DNA of 64,000 nucleotides from Minisyncoccota bacterium. Lineage in GTDB: Bacteria > Patescibacteriota > Minisyncoccia > Phycocordibacterales > UBA9973. The notes under the pieces are model-generated. The model was not told the DNA's origin and ran no database searches. It was given only the letters and a program-made list of their open reading frames with translations. Shown here piece after piece: positions 37,438 through 47,156 of the stretch (position 1 is the first letter of the stretch; each line of letters begins with the position of its first letter). The stretch lies in NCBI GenBank assembly GCA_041664285.1, contig JBAYLA010000001.1, forward strand, positions 68,889 through 132,888, read 5' to 3'. The position numbers and the translations under genes are program-made.

Positions 37438-39045
37438 ATGTTGCCAAATCCTAAACTTTCACCTCTTCGTTTTGGTACTAGCGGTGTTCGCGCTCTAGTT
37501 ACCGATATGACTGACATGGAGTGTTATATTAATACTCGTGGTTTTATTCGGTATCTCTATACAATAAAAGAAATTAAACCTGGCGACAGTATTGTTTTGG
37601 GTGGAGATTTAAGGTCTAGCACTCCACGTATTATATCTGCTGTTCATAAAGCTATATTAGACGAAGAATGCCAGACTATTTACTGTGGCTTTGTGCCGAC
37701 TCCAACCTTAAGTTATTATGCTTGGAAAAGACACCTACCCGCAATAATGATTACTGGTAGTCATATTCCTGAAGATCGAAATGGGATAAAATTTATAAAA
37801 TCTAAAGAAGAAGTATTGAAAAATGACGAAAAAGACATACTTTTTCAAGTTGCTATAGTTCGCAAAGAAGAGAATTTAAGAAATGAAAATGAATCCTTGT
37901 TTGATATTGATGGATTTTTTAAACAATCAATTAATTTACCATCCGAATCAGAAGAACAAAATGTTTTATCAGAATTTAAAAAACGTTACACCGATATTTT
38001 CCCCCCTAATACATTAACCGGTAAAAAGATTGTTCTCTATGAACAATCTGCCGTTGGGCGGGATGTTTTCAAAAGTATTCTAACTTCTCTTGGTGCCGAA
38101 GTCATTTCTTTTGGAAGAAGTGATAAATTTATTCCCATAGATACGGAAGAAATGTCGAATGCCGTAATTAGTTCATTAAAACAATTAGCTCAAGAATTTA
38201 AACCATTCGCTATTGTTTCTACTGATGGTGATTCTGATCGTCCTATTCTTACTGACGAAAATGGCTCTTTTCTTTCAGGAGAACGTCTCTGTGCCCTTGT
38301 GTCTCTCTATCTTAAGCCTGATTTTGCTTCAATGACGGCTACTTGTGGCGATGATAAAACCTTAATTACTCTTTTAAAAAAATCAAACATTGAAGTTGTT
38401 TTGACAAAGATTGGTTCTCCTTATGTTATTTTTGCAATGAATGAAAAACTAGCAAAAAATTCAAATACCAAAGTTGTATCTTGGGAAAGAAACGGAGGTT
38501 ATCTTACGGGAAGTAATTTTACTATAAATAATAAAATACTAGATGCGCTTCCTACTCGTGATTCAATTTTACCTCTTTTAATTGCTTTAGTTTTCGCCAA
38601 AGAAGAAGGTGTTCCTCTTTCCGTCTTAATTAACAAAAAACTTTCTAATCGTTTTTCTAGTTCTAGCTCTGTCAATAATAAAACTAAAGGCTGTGAACCT
38701 TACACAGTTGAGCTTGGTAAAAAAATTATTAGTTCTTTTTCACTAAAGGATCCTAATATAGAAGAATTTGATTTTAGTTTTAAAAATATAAACCAGGAAG
38801 CAAAGAATATTAAATCAAAATTAGAACCATACTTTAATCCTACTTTCTATGGTTCAATTATCTCGCTGGGCTACCTTGATGGTGTTCGTATTTCTTTTTC
38901 AAATGGTGATGTTGTGCATTTTCGCCCCTCTAGTAATGCTCCAGAATTTAGATTTTACATTACCTCTGATACCAAAGAACGGGCAGATAAAATTCTTGCT
39001 GACTGTTTTGTTATTATTCCCAAAATGATTGCTGATATTAACTAG
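37438..39045 (+). CDS. alpha-D-phosphohexomutase (phosphoglucomutase/phosphomannomutase family)
   Basis: ITGSHIPEDRNGIKF is the active-site Ser loop (TASHNP-type), plus VSTDGDSDRP (the Mg-binding DGDGDR loop). Confidence 0.75.
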   Translation: MLPNPKLSPLRFGTSGVRALVTDMTDMECYINTRGFIRYLYTIKEIKPGDSIVLGGDLRSSTPRIISAVHKAILDEECQTIYCGFVPTPTLSYYAWKRHLPAIMITGSHIPEDRNGIKFIKSKEEVLKNDEKDILFQVAIVRKEENLRNENESLFDIDGFFKQSINLPSESEEQNVLSEFKKRYTDIFPPNTLTGKKIVLYEQSAVGRDVFKSILTSLGAEVISFGRSDKFIPIDTEEMSNAVISSLKQLAQEFKPFAIVSTDGDSDRPILTDENGSFLSGERLCALVSLYLKPDFASMTATCGDDKTLITLLKKSNIEVVLTKIGSPYVIFAMNEKLAKNSNTKVVSWERNGGYLTGSNFTINNKILDALPTRDSILPLLIALVFAKEEGVPLSVLINKKLSNRFSSSSSVNNKTKGCEPYTVELGKKIISSFSLKDPNIEEFDFSFKNINQEAKNIKSKLEPYFNPTFYGSIISLGYLDGVRISFSNGDVVHFRPSSNAPEFRFYITSDTKERADKILADCFVIIPKMIADIN

Positions 39046-39080
39046 CTAAAAAATACTTTAGTTGTATAATATAGATAAAT

Positions 39081-40295
39081 ATGGTCGCGCTTAAATTTGC
39101 CCGCCGTGGCGGGAAGAAAAAAGTAATAAAGAAAGTTAAAGCTGTTAAAAAAACAGTAGTAAAAAAAATAGTTAAAAAAGCTACAAAGAAAGTAGTAAAA
39201 AAAGTTGCGAAGAAAAAAGTTGTAAAAAAAATCCCATACCCGATTAAAAAATTTAAGGGTAATCCAATTGCTGGTCCAGTTCCTAATTCATTTTGGCAAT
39301 CAGAAGCGGTATTTAATCCAGGGGCGGTAGTGCACGATGGACGTATACATCTTTTTTATAGAGCGCTTGGAGGTGATGGTCTGTCGCGTATTGGTTATAC
39401 TTCAAGCAAAGATGGTATTCATTTTGATGAAAGACTTTCTTATCCAGTTTTTGTGGCAGAAAATATAAACGAAGCACAAGACCATTATCCATATACTTCT
39501 CCAGCTCGTCTTGTTTATAATCCTGTACTTTACGCTTCTGGTGGTGGGTGGGGTGGATGCGAAGATCCACGAGCAGTAAAAATTGATGGCCGAATATATC
39601 TTACCTTCAATATGTTTAATGGGTGGGAATCTATGCGAGTAGCTTTTACTTCAATTGACGGGAAAGATCTATTGGAAAAAAAATGGAACTGGAGTCAATT
39701 TGCTTATTTGTCTCGTCCTGGTGATAGGCAAAAAAATTGGGTTTTATTTCCAGAAAAATTTAATGGTAAGTTTGCGCTTTTTCATAATCTGGATCTGGGA
39801 GATTCTTCTCGAGTGCACATTAAGTATTTGGATGAGCTTAATATGTACAAAACACCAACAAGACAAACAGGAGCACCAGACGTACAGATTTTACCAGATC
39901 ACGTAGTTGCTTGGCATAATCGTACTCGTAGTGCCTCAGCGCCACCAATAAAAACTAAAGATGGCTGGCTTTTATTTTATCATGCGATGGATAAGGATGA
40001 CCCAAATCGTTACAAGGTTGGAGCACTTTTACTTGATCTTAAAGATCCAACAAAAATTCTTTATCGAGCTTCTCGTCCGATTTTAGAACCAGATGAGTGG
40101 TATGAAAATGATTATAAACCAGGAGTGGTGTATGCTAGTGGTGCGGTCGTGAAAGACGGAACATTGTTTCTTTATTATGGCGGGGGAGACAAACATATCG
40201 CTGTAGCATATGTTAATTTAAAAGAATTTCTTAATAAATTAAAGAGTGGTGGAAATGCGGTTTTTTCAAAGAAAAAGGCTGCTTTGAAAATATAA
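39081..40295 (+). CDS. GH130 family glycoside phosphorylase / DUF377 (beta-1,4-mannoside phosphorylase-like) with Lys/Val-rich N-terminal tail
   Basis: FNPGAVVHDGRIHLFYRALG, GCEDPR, APPIKTKDGWLLFYHA and YYGGGD. The first 55 aa are a KKVxKKV repeat. Confidence 0.7.
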   Translation: MVALKFARRGGKKKVIKKVKAVKKTVVKKIVKKATKKVVKKVAKKKVVKKIPYPIKKFKGNPIAGPVPNSFWQSEAVFNPGAVVHDGRIHLFYRALGGDGLSRIGYTSSKDGIHFDERLSYPVFVAENINEAQDHYPYTSPARLVYNPVLYASGGGWGGCEDPRAVKIDGRIYLTFNMFNGWESMRVAFTSIDGKDLLEKKWNWSQFAYLSRPGDRQKNWVLFPEKFNGKFALFHNLDLGDSSRVHIKYLDELNMYKTPTRQTGAPDVQILPDHVVAWHNRTRSASAPPIKTKDGWLLFYHAMDKDDPNRYKVGALLLDLKDPTKILYRASRPILEPDEWYENDYKPGVVYASGAVVKDGTLFLYYGGGDKHIAVAYVNLKEFLNKLKSGGNAVFSKKKAALKI

Positions 40296-40299
40296 TTTT

Positions 40300-41262
40300 A
40301 TGTACGTAGTAAAAAGATCTCATCGCAATCCAATTTTTGTTCCATATAAAGACCATTACTGGGAGGATTTTGCCACTTTTAATATGAGTGTCATTAAAAA
40401 AGGTAAAATGTTATATGGCGCATATCGTGCTATTGGCGCATCCGATATATTACGTACACCACAGCAGATTTCCGTTATAGGTTTGGCGAAGAAAGGTGAA
40501 GGTCATAACTATTTTAAAAATGCTGTGCCTTTTATCGTCCCAGAAGAAGAATGGGAAAAATACGGATGTGAAGATCCTAGGATTACTTTTTTTGAAGGTA
40601 ATTATTATATATTTTATACTGCACTTTCAAAATATCCATTTGAAGCTAGTGGAATTAAGGTTGCCGTAGCAATTTCAAAAGATTTTAAAAATATTAATGA
40701 ACGTCATTTAATAACACCTTTCAATGCTAAGGCAATGACACTTTTTCCTGAGCGTATTAATGGAAAAATTACAGTAATCGTGACTGTAAATACAGATATG
40801 CCTCCGTCGAAAATTGCCGTAGCACAAGTTGATAAGATAGAATAGTTATGGAATCAAAAATTTTGGGAAAAATGGTATGCAAAAATAGACGAGCACGCTG
40901 TCGATTTTAAAAGATTTCCATCTGACCATGCTGAAATTGGTGCTCAACCTCTTAAAACTCGCTATGGTTGGCTTCTTCTTTACTCCCATATCCAAAATTA
41001 TTTCTCTGGAGGGAATAATTCTAATCGTATATTTGGGATTGAAGCAGTTCTACTTGATTTAAATAATCCACTTAAAATTATCGGTCGGACGAGCGGTCCT
41101 ATTTTAGTACCTCGAGAGTCATATGAACTTTTAGGCCATGTTCCTAATATAGTTTTTCCTTCAGGCGCAATTTTAGAAAAAGATACACTTTTTATATATT
41201 ATGGAGCAGCAGATACTACGACCTGTTTGGCTCATGTAAATTTAACTGATCTTATAGGAACG
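40300..41262 (+). pseudogene. GH130 paralog 2, interrupted by an in-frame TAG at 40843-40845 and lacking its own stop
   Basis: The N-half is HRNPIFVP...GCEDPRITFFEGNYYIFYTA. After the TAG the same frame continues with WYAKIDEH...PLKTRYGWLLLYSH...IFIYYGAADTT, the C-half of the same domain. It then runs directly into the third GH130 copy. Confidence 0.55.
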
Positions 41263-42255
41263 ATGAGACCAGAAACAAGTGCCCGATGGCATTTTAATCG
41301 TTCTTTAAAGAATCCAATTATTTTACCAGACAAAACTCATCCGTGGGAAGCTAAAGCTACTTTTAATCCAGCAGCCTTGAGGATAGGAGAAACAATCCAT
41401 ATATTATATCGAGCACTTTCGGAAGATAATACATCTACTCTTGGCTATGCATCAACTAAAGATGGTTTTACTATTGACGAAAGAAGTTCTTCGCCTATTT
41501 ATGTTCCAAGAGAAGATTTTGAGTTAAAAAAAATTGCCAATGGAAATTCGGGTTGTGAAGATCCGCGATTAACGAAAATAGGGAGTACCATTTATATGTG
41601 CTACACGGCCTTTGATGGTATTGGTCCGCCACGAGTTGCTGTTACTTCTATCACAGAGAAAAATTTCTTATCAAAAAATTGGCAGTGGGAAAAACCGGTG
41701 ATCATAACGCCAGCTGGCTTTGATGATAAAGATACTTGTATTTTTTCCGAAAAAACCAATGGAAAATATTTTATTTTGCACAGAGTAGGTAATGAAATTT
41801 GTGGAGATTACATAAAAACACTTAATTTTAAAACCGAAACCATCCGAAAGTGTATTAGAATTATAGGACCTAGAATAAATAAATGGGATAATGCAAAAGT
41901 TGGGATTTCTGCGCCACCCATAAAAACAAAATATGGATGGTTGCTTCTTTATCATGGTATTTCAAAAAGTAGTAATACTTATCGTCTCGGAGCTGTCTTG
42001 CTTGATCTTAATGATCCATCTACTGTTCTTTCCCGTACTTCTGATCCCATATTTGAACCAGAAGAATCATATGAAAAAATTGGAATAATTAATAATGTTG
42101 TTTTTCCGTGCGGAATGGTTGTTAAACCTGCCAGCCGTGGTGGGGACGATTTGCTTTATATATATTATGGTGGAGCGGATACTGTTGTTGGAGTTGCGAC
42201 CATAGAACTTGATATTCTACTTCGAGCTCTTACTCGAGATATTAAGAAAACATAA
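41263..42255 (+). CDS. GH130 family glycoside phosphorylase, paralog 3 (start set at ATG 41263)
   Basis: FNPAALRIGETIHILYRALS, GCEDPR, APPIKTKYGWLLLYHG and YYGGADT. The ORF-table start at 41227 is a TTG inside the preceding domain's C-terminus. Confidence 0.65.
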   Translation: MRPETSARWHFNRSLKNPIILPDKTHPWEAKATFNPAALRIGETIHILYRALSEDNTSTLGYASTKDGFTIDERSSSPIYVPREDFELKKIANGNSGCEDPRLTKIGSTIYMCYTAFDGIGPPRVAVTSITEKNFLSKNWQWEKPVIITPAGFDDKDTCIFSEKTNGKYFILHRVGNEICGDYIKTLNFKTETIRKCIRIIGPRINKWDNAKVGISAPPIKTKYGWLLLYHGISKSSNTYRLGAVLLDLNDPSTVLSRTSDPIFEPEESYEKIGIINNVVFPCGMVVKPASRGGDDLLYIYYGGADTVVGVATIELDILLRALTRDIKKT

Positions 42256-42319
42256 TCATTACAAGACTGCGATTTTAACAGCTTTTGCTAAGCTAAAAAA
42301 TCGGGAGTATAATAAACGT

Positions 42320-42718
42320 ATGCAAATAAAATTACAAGGAAAGGGTATTGAATTGACGGAATCTATTAAAGATTATGTTTTAAAAAGAGTTACAAACTTA
42401 GAAAAATTACTTTCCAAGCTTGAGAGAGAGAAAGGTGAAGCTAGAGTTTCATTTGAAATTTCAAAAATTACCAATCATCATAAAGCAGGTCAGATTTTTC
42501 ATGCTGATTGTTCTATTAATATAGACGGAAAGAAGTTTTATGGGAGTAGTGATCACGAAGATTTATATGGCGCAATAGATGAAGTAAAAGAAATTCTTTT
42601 TAATGATATTCAAAAAAATAAAGATCGTGCCCAGGCACTTTTTAAACGTGGTGCTATGAGTGTTAAGAAAATGCTTAAAGGCCTTTCTAAAAGAAATCCT
42701 TTTACTTCGAAGTATTAG
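42320..42718 (+). CDS. hpf: ribosome hibernation promoting factor (HPF/RaiA)
   Basis: MQIKLQGKGIELTESIKDYVLKRVTNLEKLL is the HPF N-terminus. Start is at the internal ATG right after a tataat box. Confidence 0.7.
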   Translation: MQIKLQGKGIELTESIKDYVLKRVTNLEKLLSKLEREKGEARVSFEISKITNHHKAGQIFHADCSINIDGKKFYGSSDHEDLYGAIDEVKEILFNDIQKNKDRAQALFKRGAMSVKKMLKGLSKRNPFTSKY

Positions 42719-43574
42719 ATCTCGTAAATTCTTGCCATTTTATTTCTTTTTTGCCTTCAGGTAGAACTTTTTCTATAATCAATTCTCCATTTAGAAAAGT
42801 TGCTTCCGTTATCTTTACTCTCTTTTCATTTTTTATAAAATATATTCCAGGCCAGCCATAAAGTGCACAATATTTTATGTAAATTTCTTTTGGTGAATCT
42901 TTCAATAGGTCTACCAAGCCATCTCCCTTTTTAATTTTTTCACAATAGGTTGCCTTTGATTCATCCTGAGGCTTGGAAATAATTTTGCCTTTAATATAAT
43001 TTTCTACTACTTGAACTAATAGTTTTCCACCTTGGCGAAAAAGCTTTTCTTCTAAAATTGGCAAGAGGGGAGGCCAATCTTTATCTTTTAGATTGATATT
43101 TTCTTGGATAACAATAGGACCATGGTCCATTTTCTCGTCTAAAACTATTATCGTTGTTCCTGTGTCTCTTTCATTGTTCAGGATTGCCGATCTTACCGGA
43201 GAAGGACCACGTAGTCGAGGTAACATCGAAGGATGAATATTTAATATTCCATACTTTGGAATATTGAGGATTTCTTTTGGCAATATTTTCCCATAAGCAG
43301 TTAGAACAAAAACGTCATGTTTTTTTTCTTGCAAAATATTTACAAAAGATTCATCAATAACTTCTGGCTGAAGTACTGGTATATTGTGAGCTTCTGCCCA
43401 TTTCTTGACTGGAGGAGAATCATAGTATTGACCTCGTCCTATTTTTAAATCTGGAGAAGTTACAACGAGTGTTGGAAAATATCCAGCTTCTGCAAGCTCT
43501 TCTAGCACATAGACGGCCAGTTTCGGGGTACCAAAAAATACGAATTTTAAGTTTTTGCCTAAGGATTCTTTCAT
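42702..43574 (-). CDS. fmt: methionyl-tRNA formyltransferase
   Basis: FFGTP N-terminus, HPSMLPRLRGPSP (the SLLP formyltransferase motif), and a C-terminal Fmt domain. Confidence 0.85.
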   Translation of the reverse strand: MKESLGKNLKFVFFGTPKLAVYVLEELAEAGYFPTLVVTSPDLKIGRGQYYDSPPVKKWAEAHNIPVLQPEVIDESFVNILQEKKHDVFVLTAYGKILPKEILNIPKYGILNIHPSMLPRLRGPSPVRSAILNNERDTGTTIIVLDEKMDHGPIVIQENINLKDKDWPPLLPILEEKLFRQGGKLLVQVVENYIKGKIISKPQDESKATYCEKIKKGDGLVDLLKDSPKEIYIKYCALYGWPGIYFIKNEKRVKITEATFLNGELIIEKVLPEGKKEIKWQEFTRSNTSK

Positions 43575-43664
43575 GATATAATTAAAAAGTAGGGTCGATG
43601 GACGATTATAGTATTATATCATAAGCAAAATATTTTTTATAAAGATAATTTTTAAAGAAAAATT

Positions 43665-43886
43665 ATGAGAAATGATATAGAAAAACCAATGGTCAAGGAA
43701 AATAGTCTTAATAACATACATCCGGAACTTCAACCTGGAGAAAAATTTTTTACTAATGCAAACAAAGACAACGTAGAGATTTTTAGGAGTCAAGGGAAAA
43801 GAATTGGTGATATTGCTTATGGCCCAGATGGTAAAATATTAGAAGGTTATTTTCCTGTTTTTACCATAGAATCTACATTAAACTAG
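43665..43886 (+). CDS. hypothetical protein
   Basis: 73 aa. Confidence 0.3.
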   Translation: MRNDIEKPMVKENSLNNIHPELQPGEKFFTNANKDNVEIFRSQGKRIGDIAYGPDGKILEGYFPVFTIESTLN

Positions 43887-43926
43887 GATGTAGTCACAAT
43901 TAAATAAATTATCAAAATATTTTTTA

Positions 43927-44403
43927 TTGAACGCAAATATGGTTGATACTATTTACACTTCGAAAACGCATATTTTCACTTCTTGGATACTTGTTGTATT
44001 TGGTGTGATCGCAACAATATTTGCACTCTTTGCGTTGTTTGTCTTGACCTTACGTGTTTTTATAAGTGTGGTATCTTTTTGTACTTCTCAGTTTTGTTCA
44101 ACTGAGCTATTTATTTTTTTACTACCTATCATTTCTTTTATTTTTGGTCTTCACGGTTTTTGGAAAGCCGGTAAATTAAAGTTTGTTTCTTGGGTATTAA
44201 TTATCTTTGGTTTAATTATATCTTGTTTCACTCTTTTCCTTTTATTTATTGTTTTACCTTTTATTACTAACCATATTTATGTTGGTGTTGGATTATCACT
44301 TCTATTTATTTTTTCCCTTTCTTGTCTTCTTTTTGGTCTTCGAGAGCTTAGTAAAATAAAAAATTTAAATAATAAATTTACCCATATTAACTACGAGATA
44401 TGA
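43927..44403 (+). CDS. hypothetical membrane protein
   Basis: 158 aa with 4 TM helices. Confidence 0.4.
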   Translation: MNANMVDTIYTSKTHIFTSWILVVFGVIATIFALFALFVLTLRVFISVVSFCTSQFCSTELFIFLLPIISFIFGLHGFWKAGKLKFVSWVLIIFGLIISCFTLFLLFIVLPFITNHIYVGVGLSLLFIFSLSCLLFGLRELSKIKNLNNKFTHINYEI

Positions 44404-44430
44404 AAAATTTTTTAATAACAATAATTCCAC

Positions 44431-44973
44431 CTAATTTTTTACAGGTGGTAACTCCTCCTTTATCTCCTTAGCGTGATCAATAAAAAGTATGCCATTTAAG
44501 TGGTCAGTTTCGTGTTGAAAAATTTGGGCTAGGAGTCCTGAAGCGCCACGGATAAACTTTTTACCTTTTTCATCATAAGCTGTAATTGTTGCTTTTTTTG
44601 ATCTAAAAGTATTACCATAAAGCCACCTCACCGAAAGGCATCCTTCTGGTACCCACTCTTTTTCACGAGAAAGTTTTGAAATTTTTGGATTGATAAAAAC
44701 TAAGTCTTTTGGAACTTCTTTTTTTGGAATTTTATCAAATTCTTTTCCTCCTCTGACAAAATCTTTATGAAAAATCTTTCCAGAAACGACAAAAATAGGC
44801 AAAGAATATCCAATTTGTGGAGCTGCTATTGCTACTCCGTCTTCTTGACCTCTTAAGGCAAGCGACATTTCTTTCAAGACCCTTCTTATTTTAGGAGTGG
44901 TAATTTCTTTTATTGGTATTTCTTTTGCAATTTGACGTAAAACCTTATCATTTTTTTGAACTATTTCTTTCAT
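44431..44973 (-). CDS. def: peptide deformylase
   Basis: GVAIAAPQIG, EGCLSV and HETDHLNG are PDF motifs 1-3. Confidence 0.85.
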   Translation of the reverse strand: MKEIVQKNDKVLRQIAKEIPIKEITTPKIRRVLKEMSLALRGQEDGVAIAAPQIGYSLPIFVVSGKIFHKDFVRGGKEFDKIPKKEVPKDLVFINPKISKLSREKEWVPEGCLSVRWLYGNTFRSKKATITAYDEKGKKFIRGASGLLAQIFQHETDHLNGILFIDHAKEIKEELPPVKN

Positions 44974-44980
44974 TGATATT

Positions 44981-46276
44981 TTATAATTCTTTTAAATATT
45001 CTAAAAGTTTAGTTAACTTAACAGTTTCTTGAGATCTATTTCCCATGTCTCGCACAATAACAGAATTCTCCAGAGCTTCTTTTAATCCAAAGATTATGGC
45101 ATGGGGGATAGAGAGCTTTTCAGCTACAGCTAATTGAGATCCCAAACTGTCCTTAGAGAGAGATTGAGCGATGGGGATGTGCGCTTTTCGTAATATCTCA
45201 ATTATGTTTAAACTCTTTAACTTTGCTTCAGGACCTAATTGAATAAAATAAATTTTTGGTTTCTTCAAGATACGAGGTGAAAGCTTTTTATACCAAGATG
45301 CCCCAATTATTCTATCTACTCCAATAGATATTCCTACAGCTGGCACATCACGCTTGCTCCCAACATTTCGAGCTAGATAATCATAACGTCCACCACCAGC
45401 GAGTGCGAGCGGGGTACCGTCTTCGCCTCCTTCTTGTTCTATTATTTCAAAAACAGTGCGAGTGTAATAAGAAAGTCCACGGACTAAATTTTTGTTTACG
45501 TTATAGGCTATATCCATTTCTTCTAAGTATTCTAAAACTTCTTTGAAATGTTTTTTACAAGAAGGACAAAGAAAGGAGACTGAATCCGGGGCATTTTCAT
45601 TTATTTGTTTTGTTTTTTCTTCTTTAGAATCTAAAATGCGAAGTGGGTTTGTTTTTAAACGTTCACGATCAACGGAGGGTAGACTACTAATGTTTTTTTT
45701 ATAATAACTTGTAAGTTCTTTAAGATATATATTTCGACATTCTTTGTCACCAATGGAGTTTATGTCGATTGTTAAGTTAGTAGCTCCTGCTTCTTCCAAA
45801 ATGCTCATTCCAGCTTTTATTACTAATGCATCCATAATACTTTTATCGTTCCCGAGACAATCTAAATCGAATTGCCAAAATTGTCTGTAACGTCCACGTT
45901 GAGGTTTGTCATGTCTAAAGACTGGACCGTATTGATAAAACATTACAGGTTGGGGCATTGATTGCATTCCATGCTCTATATATGCACGCATTAATGCAGC
46001 AGTATGTTCAGGTCGAAGAGCTAAATGGTCTCCACCTTTGGTTTTAAGTGTGTACATTTCTTTATCTATAATATCTGTGTCACAACCGATGCCTCCAGTA
46101 AAAACTTCTTCCTTTTCTAAGATGGGAGTATCTATTGGTTTAAAACCATAATATATTGCTACTTCTTGCGCTTTCTCGAAAAATCCTTGAAATCCATAAT
46201 AATCTTCATTCATTAAATCTCTCATTCCTTTAGGTGATGATACTTCCGTTACTTTATTTTTATTTGTTTTTTTCAT
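44981..46276 (-). CDS. hisS: histidine--tRNA ligase
   Basis: Class II motifs, HisRS GGGRYDYL, and a C-terminal anticodon-binding domain. Confidence 0.9.
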   Translation of the reverse strand: MKKTNKNKVTEVSSPKGMRDLMNEDYYGFQGFFEKAQEVAIYYGFKPIDTPILEKEEVFTGGIGCDTDIIDKEMYTLKTKGGDHLALRPEHTAALMRAYIEHGMQSMPQPVMFYQYGPVFRHDKPQRGRYRQFWQFDLDCLGNDKSIMDALVIKAGMSILEEAGATNLTIDINSIGDKECRNIYLKELTSYYKKNISSLPSVDRERLKTNPLRILDSKEEKTKQINENAPDSVSFLCPSCKKHFKEVLEYLEEMDIAYNVNKNLVRGLSYYTRTVFEIIEQEGGEDGTPLALAGGGRYDYLARNVGSKRDVPAVGISIGVDRIIGASWYKKLSPRILKKPKIYFIQLGPEAKLKSLNIIEILRKAHIPIAQSLSKDSLGSQLAVAEKLSIPHAIIFGLKEALENSVIVRDMGNRSQETVKLTKLLEYLKEL

Positions 46277-46346
46277 GTTGATTTTGCAAAATCATGTCGC
46301 TCAATTGATTCTGGTGAATCATGTCGCATTCTCTTGTAAATGCGAC

Positions 46347-47039
46347 CTAAGACGTGACGTCTTCACTCTGTTTATAATCGCCTGGCCATATATCTATTTG
46401 ATTTATTGGTAGTAATCGCAAGAAAGCTTTCCCTGCAAAAAATTCTCTTTTTACTGGTCCCCAAGCCCTAGAATCAGAACTACCACTTCTGTTGTCACCC
46501 ATTACAAAATATTCATCACTTTTTAGCACAATGTGTATATCGTTGTTTGCAACATTTTTTACAAAGGGTTGTTCTAGTTTGAAACCTTCAGGATGTGCAG
46601 AATTTGTGATAGTTACATCATTACCTTTGATATCAACTGTTTCGTTTGGTAAACCAATAACACGTTTTATAAAAAACCTTCCAGGATCAAAAAATCTCAA
46701 TAAGAAATTTCTTTTAGGATTATTTTTAGGATCGCCTGGATATTGAAATACCACAACATCATCTCTTTGTGGATTACCTAATTCATAAGATAGCTCATCT
46801 ACTATTATATAATCTCCGTTTTCAAAAGTGGGAATCATAGAAGGACCTGAAACTATAAATGGATCTGCGATTAGCCAACGGATAAGAAAAACTATAATTA
46901 AAGCTATAAATGCAAAACGTGCAAGCTCCCAAAATGATTGGGATTTAGTCTTTATTTGTTCCATATTTATAATAATAGCACATAATGTCCTTGACAATAT
47001 AGAATAATTTGTTTTGTAATATATAAAAAATATATACAA
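46347..47039 (-). CDS. lepB: signal peptidase I
   Basis: VSGPSMIPTF (Ser box), VMGDNRSGSSDSR (box E) and GKAF. Confidence 0.85.
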   Translation of the reverse strand: MYIFFIYYKTNYSILSRTLCAIIINMEQIKTKSQSFWELARFAFIALIIVFLIRWLIADPFIVSGPSMIPTFENGDYIIVDELSYELGNPQRDDVVVFQYPGDPKNNPKRNFLLRFFDPGRFFIKRVIGLPNETVDIKGNDVTITNSAHPEGFKLEQPFVKNVANNDIHIVLKSDEYFVMGDNRSGSSDSRAWGPVKREFFAGKAFLRLLPINQIDIWPGDYKQSEDVTS

Positions 47040-47052
47040 TTAATTTTTTTTT

Positions 47053-47122
47053 GGTACAGAATTTTTGAAGCTTAAAAATTCTTGAAGTTCTCGGCTCGTC
47101 AGCCTCGAAACCCCGCAAAAAG
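47053..47122. repeat. about 70-nt conserved element, copy 1 (second copy at 61638..61708)
   Basis: ggtacagaatttttgaagcttaaaaattcttgaagttctcggctcgtcagcctcgaaaccccgcaaaaag. About 85% identical to copy 2 after two single-base indels. Confidence 0.5.
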
Positions 47123-47156
47123 TTATTGTATATATTTTTTAATTCTGTGTTATTAT

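Noticed and set aside
41227-41262. TTG start of the third GH130 ORF (MAHVNL...)
   Set aside because: That peptide is the conserved C-terminus of the preceding GH130 domain in the same frame. An ATG at 41263 fits the N-termini of the paralogs.
47075-47115. Hammerhead-ribozyme-like core (CUGACGAG ... GAAAC) in the repeated element
   Set aside because: The conserved blocks are in the wrong order and strand for a hammerhead, and stem II and III cannot be formed.
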